Assembly (NCBI RefSeq): GCF_006345805.1
Contig: NC_043004.1
Location: 19,840,001 to 19,904,000, forward strand
Source: Octopus sinensis
Taxonomy: Eukaryota
Length of the DNA: 64,000 nucleotides
Direction of reading: 5' to 3'
Positions 27,540 through 40,902 of the stretch are shown one piece after another. The first letter of the stretch is position 1. Every line of letters starts with the position of its first letter. Made by a program: the position numbers and the translations under genes. Below the pieces are notes generated by a model, which did not search any database, was not told the DNA's origin, and saw only the letters and a list, made by a program, of their open reading frames with translations.

Positions 27540-28390
27540 AATCTGAAAAACTGATAGTTAGATGGAGTAAGGCACCAGACGTAAGAAAGAAGAAGCAAAA
27601 CTTTCATATAGTAGTCCAATAGTATTTTCTTGAGTGACTTGAGTAGTATGTAGTCTTGCATTATTGTATAAGAACAAAACTTTTTTACGATTGACCAGTG
27701 ATCGGTGTTTCTTCTGCAAATTTTTGTGCAATGCTTCTATTTGATAATGCTTCCTCGCATTTGAGTATTTCACTTTGTTTTACCATTTCATGATAGACGT
27801 CAACCTTCATGTATCACCAAACAGAGAATAACATTATTCATGTGTAGTCTTGGTTTCAGGATCGACTCTCCTCATTTTATGGGATTAGTACGTTGTAGAA
27901 TTGGATATGATTATAGAAAACTCATTTTTCATCACGTGATAATTCCACGAAGATAAAGTTTAGTAACAAATCTACGTCAATGAAAGACAGAAGACAACAA
28001 TTTTATTAAGATGAAAAACAAGTCAGGTGATGTGTGGTCTACTGACCAAGTTTAGACAGTGTTCCTAGTTCATGAAGTTGTTTCATAAACGAAGCCGTAA
28101 CTGAATTCAACTGCTTTCCTTATTCTCGTGCTGTTTGATTTTAAGTTTTCTCAGTTACAATTTTCAAAAGCTCAGTATTGACAGAATTTTGTCGTCTAAG
28201 TCCAAAAGACTCAACGAGAGAAAAAGTCCTGAGGGAAACCACGAAAAACAACATTGTTGGCTTGTGCGGTAAGTTAAAGCTTCATTTCCATAGACAGAAC
28301 GAATCATTCTTTCTTTATCTATCAAGCTCTTTTTGAATTCATACCGCTTGTAGTGCTTGACACGGGACTGCTCTAATCTCATTCTAAAAG
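27540..28390 (-). mobile_element. Degenerate mariner transposase
   Basis: N-terminal RYEFKK...IRSVYGNEALTYRT...FPSGLF; C-terminal LHKNLQKKHRSLVNRKKVLFLYNNARLHTTQVTQE, resembling mariner RKGVLFLHDNARPH. Confidence 0.75.
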
Positions 28391-28578
28391 GGTAAAATCA
28401 ATACGAAATTAGCCCCTATAGTTTAAAGTAATCGACAAAGGAAGAAGGGAAGACATTAGAATGTAAAAGGTTAATGCTTAATTTAACACAAATATTGAAA
28501 AAGCATCCTCTAAGTGATAATATCAAAAATACGACAGGATTTTTATTTCCGTATAAATATATTTATATATACATAGAC

Positions 28579-28637
<59 letters not shown>

Positions 28638-28840
28638 TGCGTATATGCTAATACGTATACTACAAGTATCATACACATTTCCCCAGTTATTTTTAACTAA
28701 AAATATTTTTAAGTGAAACAAAATTAGATGAAATTCAGAATGATGAATCGTTAGATAATTGTTGAATTGAATTATAGTCTAATGACGTGGAAATACATAC
28801 ACGTATGTATATGTATATGTGTATGCATATTTATATGCAT

Positions 28841-28932
<92 letters not shown>

Positions 28933-30339
28933 AGAGAGAGGGGGAAGGAAAAGGGGGGAAAACAGAGAAATGTGTGGCGAAACTGAAAGAGAATGAATAT
29001 AGAGAAAGAAAGCAAATCACTAACAGCAAGAGTAGTTGTGCAAAGAACGAAAATCCGAAGATAAATGTTTAATCAAATGAAAAGACATGAATTACTTAAT
29101 GTCTGTTTTATAGTCAATTAGGTACAGATAAAGAGTGATAAAAACAGAATTCCACTTCAACGTTGAAGTGCTTGTATCAATGATGATTGAGATTACAGAG
29201 GAAAAAGGAAGGCGGTGTATGACAGAGATGAAGGCGGGAAGTGGTGAAGCGAGGACTACAGAAGGATATAAGAGGGGGATCGATGGTCGTATTACTGGCG
29301 ATGGGGACAAATAAATATATAAATATTGTATATATATATGTCTATATCTATCTATCTATCTCTCTCTCGCCTTCTCTCTCTCTCTTTATATATATATATA
29401 TATCATATACATATATACATAACATACACACACGCACACAAACATATATTCGCGCGTGTGTAAAGGAGTATACATCCTTTTACGTGCATGGAGTTTGTGC
29501 AAGATTGAGTAAGAAAAAGCAACAGTGAAGTAGGTAGTAGGGGAAAATATCTTGAGGAGATTAGAAAGCAAAGACAGATTATAGAAGAAAAAAAAGAAGA
29601 TGAAAAAAGATAAAAGAAAGGAATAAATATGACTAAGTATAAAGAATTATTAGTATATGATTAAGAGAAATATTGAAAAGAGGTATTCATTTTAGTTTCT
29701 GAAAGAAAGGACAACTAATGCCAATGGATATTTTCGGAAATTCATTAAAACCCTGGGATAAATACATACAAAAGGATAAAGAAAAAAGATTGAAGCAGGT
29801 TTTAATTACTTATGCAATAAAAATCTGCAATTATATTTGCACGTGCAAGTATCTATGTCACCTGATTGCTGTTCTTTGGATCTTCGTGGTGTATAGTCTA
29901 GCAACTCCATCGACCTGTGGCTCTCTTCTTTCCTGGTGATGTGATGGTGGGTGCTCTTTCCCATTCGAAGCTGGTGGGGCAAAAACCTATTTTAGTCATG
30001 ATTGTCCGGTAATTGCAGTCATAGGTTAATCCTAGGAGGAGATATATTTCCCTCGTGTTTACGTTGCGGAAATCTACTTCGCTCCCAGAGTATATCTACA
30101 AGCATTTCTCCGCAGCAAAATCTATATCAATAAATTGATAGTCTGATATCGTGTCCATGCTACCTACTACACAAACCGTGAGGTCGTTTGAATGGTTATA
30201 TTCATTGACTTTATCGAGGAGTTCTTCAGTGCTGAAACACAAATCTGGGGGTATCTCAATAGGCGGTTGCAATACTTACGAGAGAAAGTAAGACAGCAAT
30301 AGTTGCTGGAAATATTAGCCTCGCAAACCGGGTGGGTCG

Positions 30340-30597
30340 GGGTAGCGTAACAAGGTCTGTGAAAGGTTTATGGTGCTCTGTAACTCATAGCGTGTAGGAA
30401 CATCGTTAGTAGATGCTTGAAAAATTTGTCTGGTCCGCTTTTCAGGTTGGAGTAGCTTGTACCACATTCTAGGTTACACCACATTCCCTCGTCTCTGATG
30501 AGAAGTTTCTCTACTTTTTCATGTTGCCACGCAGTAGGACTGAATTTGGAACTATGTTGGAAAGCAAACTTCTTACCACAAGCCACACCTGCGCCTA
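30340..30597 (-). mobile_element. SINE-A head joined to a possible old LINE C-terminal remnant
   Basis: Minus strand GGTGTGGCTTGTGGTAAG...TTCAGTCCTACTGCGTGGC; the following frame LKSGPDKFFKHL only weakly resembles LINE ends. Confidence 0.4.
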
Positions 30598-31392
30598 GAA
30601 GAGAAACGTATCAAACAATCCATAATTCCCTCCATATGTAAATTAACTTGATCTTTAATTTTAATGATATGTCTCTCTATTTAATTAAAAAGTTTCGGGT
30701 TAAATCATGCTGAAGATTTCTTAAACACGAATTAGAAATTGCAAGAACTTCGTAAATGTTGAAAACAAATAATTTATGTGAACTCTAGGCGCCGTCTTCT
30801 TCGTATTCCTTAATTTCAAATTCAAGTTTCCTATCTCGCTTTGAGTTGTGATGGGATATTTATCTCCCTTGAAATATTACTTTCTTGATGTGTAAACCTA
30901 ATTATCGTTGACTGGCTTTTCTATAAATGGAAGTCAGAAAGGCAGCTGCTATATGTCTGAACTTCAGTTAAAATTACTAAGAGAAACCAGAAATACACAC
31001 ACACACACATACTAACATACACATACACACACTCATAGACATACTTACACACAAACGCACATGTGCTCTTGTAACAACATCCATATATATATATGAACAC
31101 TAGAAGGCAGAATATATCACGTATACATAGCGATCATTATTAATAAATTAACGAATGCCTTGCCGCTATGTAGAATCTCAGCAAAACAAGAAATCAAGAA
31201 TATACATTCAACAACAACTAAATCTCCTAAATAACAAATAAATTTGGCAAATATCAATTTTCTTTTGAATATCTGAAAACTAATATAAATGAGCTGTCAT
31301 GAGATACCATAGTACCAAAGCTGTATATCTTTTGAAATTGAGCACTATTCACCCAGAGTCACCTATAAAATGCTTTCTCGTACACAAATACA

Positions 31393-31480
<88 letters not shown>

Positions 31481-31506
31481 ACAGCTAATCTGCCTGCCTG
31501 TGTCGA

Positions 31507-31600
<94 letters not shown>

Positions 31601-31815
31601 CAGCAGCGAGCAAAAGAAGAGAACGATTAATACTTTTTGTTTTAATTTTGGAAAAGCTAGTAAATGTACAAATTCGCAATTGGTTTCATAAATACGGTTA
31701 ACCATTAGCTAAGTTCTGTGAAAAATTTAAGTTTGTACAATAGACTTAAGAAAATCTAATGACACCAATACTAGTTTCGTCCAAATGCCTCATGTGCAAA
31801 ATTAGTGAAGATCAA
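31601..31815 (+). mobile_element. Tc1-like left end (non-coding remnant)
   Basis: TA|CAGCAGCGAGCAAAAG...; aligns with 33979-34185, which leads into a Tc1 transposase. Confidence 0.7.
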
Positions 31816-32080
31816 ACCAAAAAAATGTTTCAATTAACTCAAGACCATAATAATGATTGAAACAAATGTGAATATGCGCTTAAGTTAGTATGATTAGACT
31901 TTTGTTGGAGATTACCTCAGGACATAACAGTTCCCTGTCGAAGTCAGGTGTTACTTTCTTTCATCCTTTTCTATTCTCACATAAATTCGTCGTAGTAGTT
32001 GTTGCCCTTTTTGTTACTTTGTCTCGAAGTATATTCCATAGGTTTTCAATCGGATTTAAGTTTGGACTAATATTCCCTCA

Positions 32081-32082
<2 letters not shown>

Positions 32083-32174
<92 letters not shown>
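32083..32174. repeat. (ATT)n microsatellite (3' flank or target of Dong-like element)
   Basis: Direct tandem repeats. Confidence 0.97.
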
Positions 32175-32177
<3 letters not shown>

Positions 32178-33902
32178 TAGTTTTATTTTTATAGCGTGCT
32201 TTCACTTCACTACCGAGCACAGCTCTGTGTGCCTTGGGTATGTGCTGTGATTTGTTGTGATGCTCTGATGGTTATTGTATGGAAAGTGTTCTGCGTAGGA
32301 TGTGTGTAGTGCCTAGTAGTGTAATTTTCTGTATGTTATATGTGTTTGTAAGTCCTGGTGTTTTTGTTATGTATTTGTCTGAATATTTTTTTATCATGCC
32401 TAATGCACCTACTATGATAGGAATTGTTTCTGTTTTCAGATTCCACATTCTAGTTACCTCTATTTCCAGGTCTTTGTATTTTGAGAGTTTCTCCATTTCT
32501 TTTAGAGACACGTTGTCATCAGCCGGTATTGATACATCAATTAGAAAGCATTTTTTTCTTCATGATCTCTGACAACTATATCTGGTCTGTTGGCCTTAAT
32601 TTCTCTATCTGTGTGTATCGGCATATCCCAGAGTATGGTTGCTTTCTCGTTTTCTGTGACCTTTTCTGGTGTGTGCCTATACCATCTTTTTTCTGTTGTT
32701 ATTCCATAATGTTGGCATAGCTTCCAATGTATGTAGGTTCCAACTCTGTCATGTCTGTGAATATATTCCTTCTTAGCCAAGACTGGGCAGCTAGAGATAA
32801 TATGATTTATTGTTTCTTGTCCATCTCCACATATTCTGCAGTTACTTGTAATATTTCTTTTCATTACATGTTTTTGGTAATTTCTGGTGGGGAGTCTTTG
32901 GTCTGTGCTGCAATTAAAACTCCCTCTGTTTCTGCTTTGAGTCCTGAGCTTCTCAACCATTGCTGGGATTTTTCTTTGTCTATTTCTTTTGCGTTTAGTT
33001 TAGTGCAGTATTTTGTACCATGAAGGGGCTTTTCTTGCCATCGTTTTATCATGGTTCGTTGCTGTTCTATTTTTAGTTTGGATTTCATTTGTTTTATATC
33101 CTTTTGTTGTTTCTTCATCTTCTTCTTCTTCTTCATGTTTATTAGGTGGTATGATTTCTTGTTTGTATTTGTCAGCTTCCTTAAATACCGAGAACCAGTT
33201 TTTGTTTGTTTGCTCGTGTTTTGCCGCTATCTGGATCAGTTTTCCTTCCTCCTCTGAAGTAGATATTTTTGCAGTCCTATGGTGGTTATTTTATAGTAGT
33301 TTTCCAGCTGTATAAGGCCTCTACCACCTTCTATACGTTGTATATATAGTCTTTCTATGTCAGATTTTGGGTGATGCATCCTAGATCCTGTCAGTATTTT
33401 TTTCTTGTTTTCATATCTATTTTGGTCAGTTCATTTCGTGTCCAGTTAAGGATATTGTAGCTGTAACTTATAACTGGGACAGCTAAAGTGTTGATACCTA
33501 TTATCTGGTTTTTAGCATTGAGCTCTGTGTTTTGTATTGATCTAACTCGTCTATAATATTCTTTTTTTATTTTCTCTTTCATTTGTGTGTGTTGTGTCTT
33601 ATCTAGTTCATGGATTCCTAAGTATTTGTAAGTTTGGCTTTGGTCTAATTCTTTTATTTCATTGGTTTTATCTAGTGTGATGTTGTTACTCTTAACTAGT
33701 TTTCCTCTTTTCAGGGTTGCTTTGGCGCATTTTTCTAATCCAAATTCCATATCTATCTCTTTGGTAAATCCATGAACTGTCTTTAATAGTGTTTCCAGCT
33801 GTTTGTCATTTGCAGCGTATAGTTTTAGGTCATCCATATATAAAAGGTGGCTGATCGTTTTGCCGTTTTGCCGTAAAAGGTGGCTGATAGTTTTGCCGTA
33901 AC
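32175..33902 (-). mobile_element. 5'-truncated R4/Dong-like non-LTR retrotransposon (RT C-terminus, CCHC finger, restriction-like endonuclease)
   Basis: HLLYMDDLKLY (RT), CRICGDGQETINHIISSC, RHDRV, RPDIVV, EKLSKYKDL, IPIIVGALG across frameshifted ORFs 33391..33837, 32864..33136, 32541..32960, 32272..32511; (TAA)n on both sides. Confidence 0.9.
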
Positions 33903-33938
33903 ATTATTATTATTATTATTATTATTTTATTATTATTA

Positions 33939-33976
<38 letters not shown>

Positions 33977-33978
33977 AA

Positions 33979-35077
33979 CAGTAGCAAGCAAAACACTGAA
34001 CGATTAATATTTTTTTAACGTCGGAAAAACTAGTGAATGTACAAATGTGTAATTGGTTTTGTACTTACGGTTAACTATTAGCTAAATTCTCTGAAAAGTC
34101 TAAGTTTGTGCAATGGTCCTAATAAAAGTTAACAACACTAACACTAGTTTCGTCCAAATGTCGCATTTGCAAAATTAGAGAACGGTTAGATTCCTTCAGA
34201 AGTTTCTGAAAATGTCAAACACTGTTTACATTTGCAGGCTGAACGTTACTACCGTCTTGGTATTGTTCTAGCTTCCGAACATGGCACACCACGCTAAAGT
34301 CATTCCCGACCTCCGAAAAGAAATTGTCAGAATGAAAGTTTCACTACCGACTCTCTCGGCTATTTCACGAGACGTAAGATTTAAGAGTACTTTCACGTGT
34401 TCTTAAGCTCTATAAAAGAAACTAACGGTTTTGAACCGAAAAAGGTAACTGGCAGACCACGCAAAAACACCATGCGAGATGATCGAGCCATGAAACGGTA
34501 CGTATTGAAGGATCCTTTTGAGACTGCGACTGGAATTTCTTAGAGAATAAAAGTAAATAATGGTACGGAAGTGAGCCGCTTTACAATGTCTCGTCGTCTA
34601 AGGGAATTTGGATTAAAGCCTTGCTCCCTGGCAACAAATTCTACCATCAACAAGAGGAACGAATTGTAAAGATTTTCATTTGCAGAGGCTCATGTGAACT
34701 GCAGTGATGAAAATTGGTCAACAGTTCATTTTAGCGATGAAAGCAAATTCAATTTGGTAGGTTGAGATGGTAGACAGGCGCTTCACAGGAAATCGTCAAA
34801 AATCCAAGTGCCTGAAGAAATTTGCCAAGCTTGGAGGAGGAAGGGTCGCCGTGTGAGGAATGCTTTATTCTGAATGAGTTGGACCTCCAGTGCAGATTAG
34901 AGGGACTATTAATGCTAATAACTATTTGATTTTGGTTAAACAACATGTGATCCCATCATTACGAGCATTTCCGAATCAACCGTGCATTTTCATGCAAGAT
35001 AACGTCCCTTGTTATACTGCAAAGCATGTCACTGGATTCTTTAGTGAACAAAATACCCAAGTAATGAAGTGGCCAGC
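33979..35077 (+). mobile_element. Degenerate Tc1-like transposon
   Basis: CAGTAG end; MAHHAK..., TGRPRK, WSTVHFSDESKFNL, IFMQDNVPCYTAK, VMKWPA; many stops and frameshifts; 3'-truncated. Confidence 0.85.
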
Positions 35078-35146
35078 AGTTATATGTATAACTGGATTAA
35101 TTTTCGGGACTCGTTACTACTGAAGTCTTTATTTGCATTTATATAT

Positions 35147-35197
<51 letters not shown>

Positions 35198-35201
35198 TTA
35201 T

Positions 35202-36174
35202 ATAAAAGGGGTTAGTAAAATAAATTACTTTGCCACATACTGAACTCATTAGGAAAACAAAAATTTTTTTTAAACTATTTCTATACTTTAAAAAAATCTC
35301 TCTCATATAGTGTTTGCTCAAGCAACTCACGATGTATGGGGTAAAACATTAAAATCACACTGCCAAGGTTATTTGGACGACGTTTCTAGATTAGTCCAAT
35401 CGACATTTCGTTCGTCGCTCAGAATTCCTTGATTCGGATTTGGGAACCTGAAAGTGGGAGCATACCCTTTTGGCTCTTATCACTTCTGAAGATCTCTCGA
35501 ACTATCAGTGCTAGCATTTCAAAATATGCAAGCGAAGAATTTTTGCTCTCCCCTTTCCACCAGCGTGGTTAAATTGGTAAACACTATGTTTTTCGGTAAA
35601 AACCGACGCATAAATAGAGAATTGAATTATATTTCAACAATTGAGGGTAAAATTAATTAATTATAATCATTTCACCAAGTATTCAGTATAAAGGAACATT
35701 TAGGCGAATTCAAATTATTACATTATTAAAGGCTTAGTAAAAATAAATTACTTTGCCACATACTGAACTCATTAAAATAGCAGCTAAAAATTTTTTTTTA
35801 ACTATTTCTAATACTTAAAGAAAATCTCTCCATATGTGTTGCTCAAGTCAACTCACGATGGTATGGGGGTAAAAACATAAAAAATCACAAATGCAAAGGT
35901 TATTTGAGAACGTACGTTTCTATTAGTCAAATCGACATTTCTTTCGTCAGCTCAGAATTCCTTGAGAGAGATTTTCTTTAAGTATTAGAATATTTTAAAA
36001 AAAATTTTTTAGCTGCTATTTCTAATGAGCTCAGTATGTGGCAAAGTAATTTATTTTACTAGCCCTTTTATATATGTAATAATTTTAATTCGCCTAAAAT
36101 TGTCCCTTTACATACTGAATACTTGGTGAAATTGATTAATAATTAATTAATTTTACCCTCAATTGTTGAAATTA
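35202..36174 (-). mobile_element. Second tandem HHR-bearing non-coding element (about 1.45 units of ~525-530 bp plus an inverted partial copy) in (TA)n
   Basis: TTAGTAAAA(A)TAAATTACTTTGCCACATACTGAACTC at 35212 and 35736; 35963-36174 is the reverse complement of ~35627-35832; shares motifs with the 10457 unit. Confidence 0.8.
35905..35954 (-). ncRNA. Type I hammerhead ribozyme candidate
   Basis: Minus strand UGAG-CUGACGA-[GUC/GAC hairpin, weak stem II]-GAAA-CGUACG-U-U-CUCA; same ACGUACGU palindrome as the 11341 HHR. The sister at 35372-35421 has indels in the core. Confidence 0.55.
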
Positions 36175-36187
36175 TATATATACTATC

Positions 36188-36225
<38 letters not shown>

Positions 36226-38000
36226 CACATACATGAGGCAGTATGAATGTCTATGTGTTTTTACATTTAGGCCGTAAATAGAGAAGCATAAAAAATGCAA
36301 ATAAGACTTCAGTAAGTAACGTGTCCCGACTATTAATCCAGTTATGCATATCATGATTATATGCAATATACAATATGATTTTAGAGAATGTTGCATCTAT
36401 TACGGACTAGGTTATCAGTTGACATGCTAATTAATTACAAAGTAGTGTAATGTAAAATATCCATGTAACAGAAAACTCAGAAAACCCGAGCGATAATTCT
36501 GTGAGTATAAAGTCATAAAGTCAGGATGCCTGAGGGCGATATATATTTAACCATGTGACTTCCTTATGATTACGGCAGTTTCACAATCTTTTTATGTAGT
36601 GATAGTTTTAGTATGCAAGAAATTATACGGACTTGTTTGCACTAATATGTATGTTCAGTATTATGCAGTGCAATTTTGGTTATTCAAAAGTTATTATATA
36701 TAACTACACCTCAACTTAGAGTTGAACTGTTGGGGTTATTTCCCTACTTTGCTCGATTTTTTATACCTGATTTTAGGTTTGGTCAGTGGTGGTGATATAT
36801 TCACGTTGTTTAGATGTATGTTAACGCTAGCGTTGTCCAAAATACAGTCTGGGCGTTTTGAGGCGGTCCCAATACAAATTGGCCATCAATGTCGTTTAAT
36901 TCTATTCATTGCTCTTTGGTGTGCTTCAAATCGCAAAATAGTTGGCTTAGTATGAAAAAAACCAGATGGATAAAGAGAATTACATATGTATAAAGGAAGG
37001 GAAGGAGAAAGCAATAATATGTGGCTTTCATGCTGGAAGTTGCTCGACCAGGAAACTATATAAACTTCGTTGTTGATGAGGCCGTTCCAACTGTTCTTAT
37101 CAGCAATTACACCTAGGTCTCATATTGTTGGAGGAATAAGGTTGTGAAGCCCATCTTCTCCAAGATCATGAGTGCCAATTTTTCCTTCTTTATTAGTTTT
37201 TGTTCTTCTCCATTACATTATGTGAAACTGAAGTGTCTTATATGACCGTCTTTGTTGATAAACTTTCGAAAATCTCTATTCTGTGAAAATATCTATTCTA
37301 ATTGCGATGTCATTTATTTATCGGTATTGGACCCAGCACACATCTGTGTGGACCGCTACAGTTAACTTTTGTTGGGCTTGGGTGGATTCCATCGAGCACA
37401 ACATGTTTTGCTTACCAAGAAATACTTAATCGAGTGCAGCGGACTTTCAGACTCCAAACTTGCTGAATTACTTTATGACATCCTAAATATTGTAGGAAGC
37501 TGAAACTCAGATGTTATAGACATTGGCAGCAAGTGACTAGAATACGAAATGTTTCGATATGTAACCTGTAAATAAAGATTCAGAGATCAGCTAAAGGAAA
37601 TTCAATTTGGAGTCTTCATCTCTTGAGGACACTTGCAGGGAAATAATCAAGACTTATTGCGAAGTAATGTCTTATTTAATTTATTACTGCGTTGAAGTCT
37701 AGTATGTTAAAAATTATATAAGTTTTTTTTCGTTATGTATATATGCTTCGGAGATATATTTATATATTTTAGAGAAAGAGATAGACGTATATTCTCAAAT
37801 ACATCAAAGAAATACACATACATATTAACAAGTATGTAGACACTTACATACAAACATAATAAAAAAGCTTCCTGTTCGGCTGTATTAGTAATGTCATATA
37901 CTTTTTAGTCCGTCGTCTTTCTATATATCTGACTTTTTACAACTTTATTTTTGTGTATATTTGAATAAACATGAACATAGACACCTACACGCATATCTCT

Positions 38001-38031
<31 letters not shown>

Positions 38032-38623
38032 TTTCTTACACACACACGTACATGAGGCAGTATGAGCCTCTATGTGTTTACATTTAGAACATAAATAGAG
38101 AAGCATAAAAAATGGAAATAAGCCTTCAGAATGTAATGTATCCCGACTGTGAATCCAGTTATACATATTGTGATCTCCGTGCACGTTAAGTAGATCCTAA
38201 ACAATTGATACGGGAAACAGAGTATGCTGGAAACTTTATCACAACGACCATTTCGGCGCAATTCTGTGCTGCTCCCTAGCGGGTGGGGAAAGATATAATG
38301 GATTCCAATGTCCCCACAGTGCAGGGGATGTAGTTCATGACCTGAACTACTTCCCCAGCAAATCTTTGACCACGTCGTTACGCTTGGCAAGCATGACCAA
38401 GCATCAAATAATTCGGCACGCTTTATGGTAGCTTTCATTCAAAAACCAATATATCCTTTACTTCTTTATTCTTTTCGTTGCAGTTTTGTTACAAACTTCC
38501 TGTCTGTATAACCCAGGATCCTACCACAGTCATTCTTCATTCATCATCAATGTATTTGAGATTATTGACAACATCATTTAGCTAAGCCTATGTGCAATAT
38601 ATCACAAATGTAATCCTGTTATG

Positions 38624-38965
38624 TCACCTGACGAAGCACTGAAATTCATTATATCGTCCCACATCCATTAGGGAGCAGTGTAGAATCATGCCAAAACGAT
38701 CGTTGTGATAAATAAATTTCCAGCATACTCTGTCTTCAGTGGGAATTATTTGGTATATATAATTTTTATCACCAATGTTGATCCACCGCAAAAATCCCAA
38801 ATTTTGTTTAATTTGGTTTGCGGGAGCAACTGTTTTATCGAAGGCGCATCTTGTCGTGAATTGCCAGAAATACGGATTAGGAAAACAGTCGACAACTTGT
38901 GTTTTATGACTTGTTTTCCATTCGTTTCTTTCGTTTTTCACAAAAAAGTTCATATTCCACGCCAC
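38624..38965 (-). pseudogene. Possible very old mariner-type transposase remnant
   Basis: FLRWINIGDKNYIYQIIP loosely resembles mariner FLxRIVTGDEKWIY; weak. Confidence 0.3.
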
Positions 38966-39022
38966 GTCCTCATACTTCGTATTTTTTGTTGTTTACGTTT
39001 TGTGACGTCCTGTACCCACATA

Positions 39023-39085
<63 letters not shown>

Positions 39086-39233
39086 GTGTACATGTAATTA
39101 TGTACGTATACATATGCATATATGGATATATATATATATATATATATAATGTATTATTTGTATTATTATATGAATGAATGCAACGCATCCTTTTCCAAGT
39201 ATATATATATATTATATATATATATATATATAC

Positions 39234-39270
<37 letters not shown>

Positions 39271-40852
39271 CAGAGACAGATAGTTAACAAGTTAAAGGAA
39301 ACAGCCAAACTTCCAGGGGAATAATTACAAGGTAGCTAAATGTTGCATTAGTTTACCAGGATTTAAATCCGGGATAGTAAGTCGTATTTAGTAGAAAATA
39401 GGAAAATTAGACACGGAGACGGACTCTCGAGATGTTGTTATTCTATTTATATCTAGAATTCTTCTACATATGTTTCGACGGATGCACTAAAAAATGTCCG
39501 ACAGGATAAATTATGGTCAGCAATGCATTAATCTTATCAGGAAGGATATAAATAACAAACTCATAAAAAACAGAGATGTTAACGGATATAGAAAGTTCTA
39601 TAAAATGTAACGTACTTATATTCATATGCACACGCGTACCCACACGCATTTTAAATTCCTACTCCCTAGTTCGTATGTAAGAGTTTTGAGAATGAATAAT
39701 GACGTATATGTGCTTAAATAAGTGTGTGTATGTGTATACAATTACCTGTTTTGATATATCGATGTTCTGGGTTGTGTATGCTCTTGCGTATGTGTATGAT
39801 AAGTATGCTTCAATGTTGTTGCTGCGAGAATATAGAGGAATATATGTATAGATATATATGCATATCTCTGTGAGTAAATTTCTACCATGTATGTGTGTTT
39901 GTGTGTTTGTATATGTATATATTTATGTATATGTTTATATATAGAGAAATATATATATATATGTATGTGTATGTATATAAATATATCTATATATTTGTAT
40001 GTATGAATGCATATATATATATACATATATGCATACACACACGCGCGCACACATATATATATATTACTGCGTAAGTGCATGGGTATTAATACGATGCACA
40101 TGTGTTTGTATACGTTTTTTTTTGTAGCTTAATAATGTTTATATTAAAACGTTACATGCGTATGTGTATGTTCGCTGTGCACGATATGTGCTTAGTAAGT
40201 CTGTGTAAGGGTTTGTTATAGTGTTTTCGGATGTCTGTGTCCTTCTGCATGGATGTGAACTCCTATAACCTAATAATAATTTCTGCAAATTTTTTTTAAT
40301 TTTTACTTCCTTCTTACTTCCCATAATTTCCTTTCTTTTCATACATTTTGCTATATTTACAATTTGCCTGTTCCACCTTTTTCCTTTGTTTCATCCTTCT
40401 TTTCTTTCTATATATCTCCTCCATCTCTCAATATCTTGTTCGTTTCGATAACGTCATTTTAAATTCCTAACGTCCCCTGTTCATATCTAAGTGTTTTATG
40501 AATGAGCAATAATGTATATGTGCTTAAGTTTGCGTATGTGTATACAATTATGTGTTTGTGTCTATCGATGATTTGGGATGTACATGCTCTAGTGTATGCA
40601 TATGATCGTTTGTTCATGTGTATAAATATGTGCCGTAAACGTATACTTTAGCATAAGTATGTTTCTATGTTGTTGCCGCGAGAATATGGAGGAGTATATG
40701 TATAGATATATATGCATATGTCTACGAGTATATTTCTATCTATGTATGTATTTGAATAGACACTTGTGTGCGTTTGTGTTTATGTATATATTTGCGTATA
40801 TGTTTATATATGAAAAAGTATATGGATGTTTATATGGATATGTATATATATA

Positions 40853-40902
<50 letters not shown>

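Noticed and set aside
38629-38740. CTGACGA-AGCACT-GAAA (+) and CTGAAGA-CAG..CTG-GAAA (-) HHR-like strings
   Set aside because: No convincing stem I or III; such core matches are expected by chance several times in 64 kb of AT-rich DNA.
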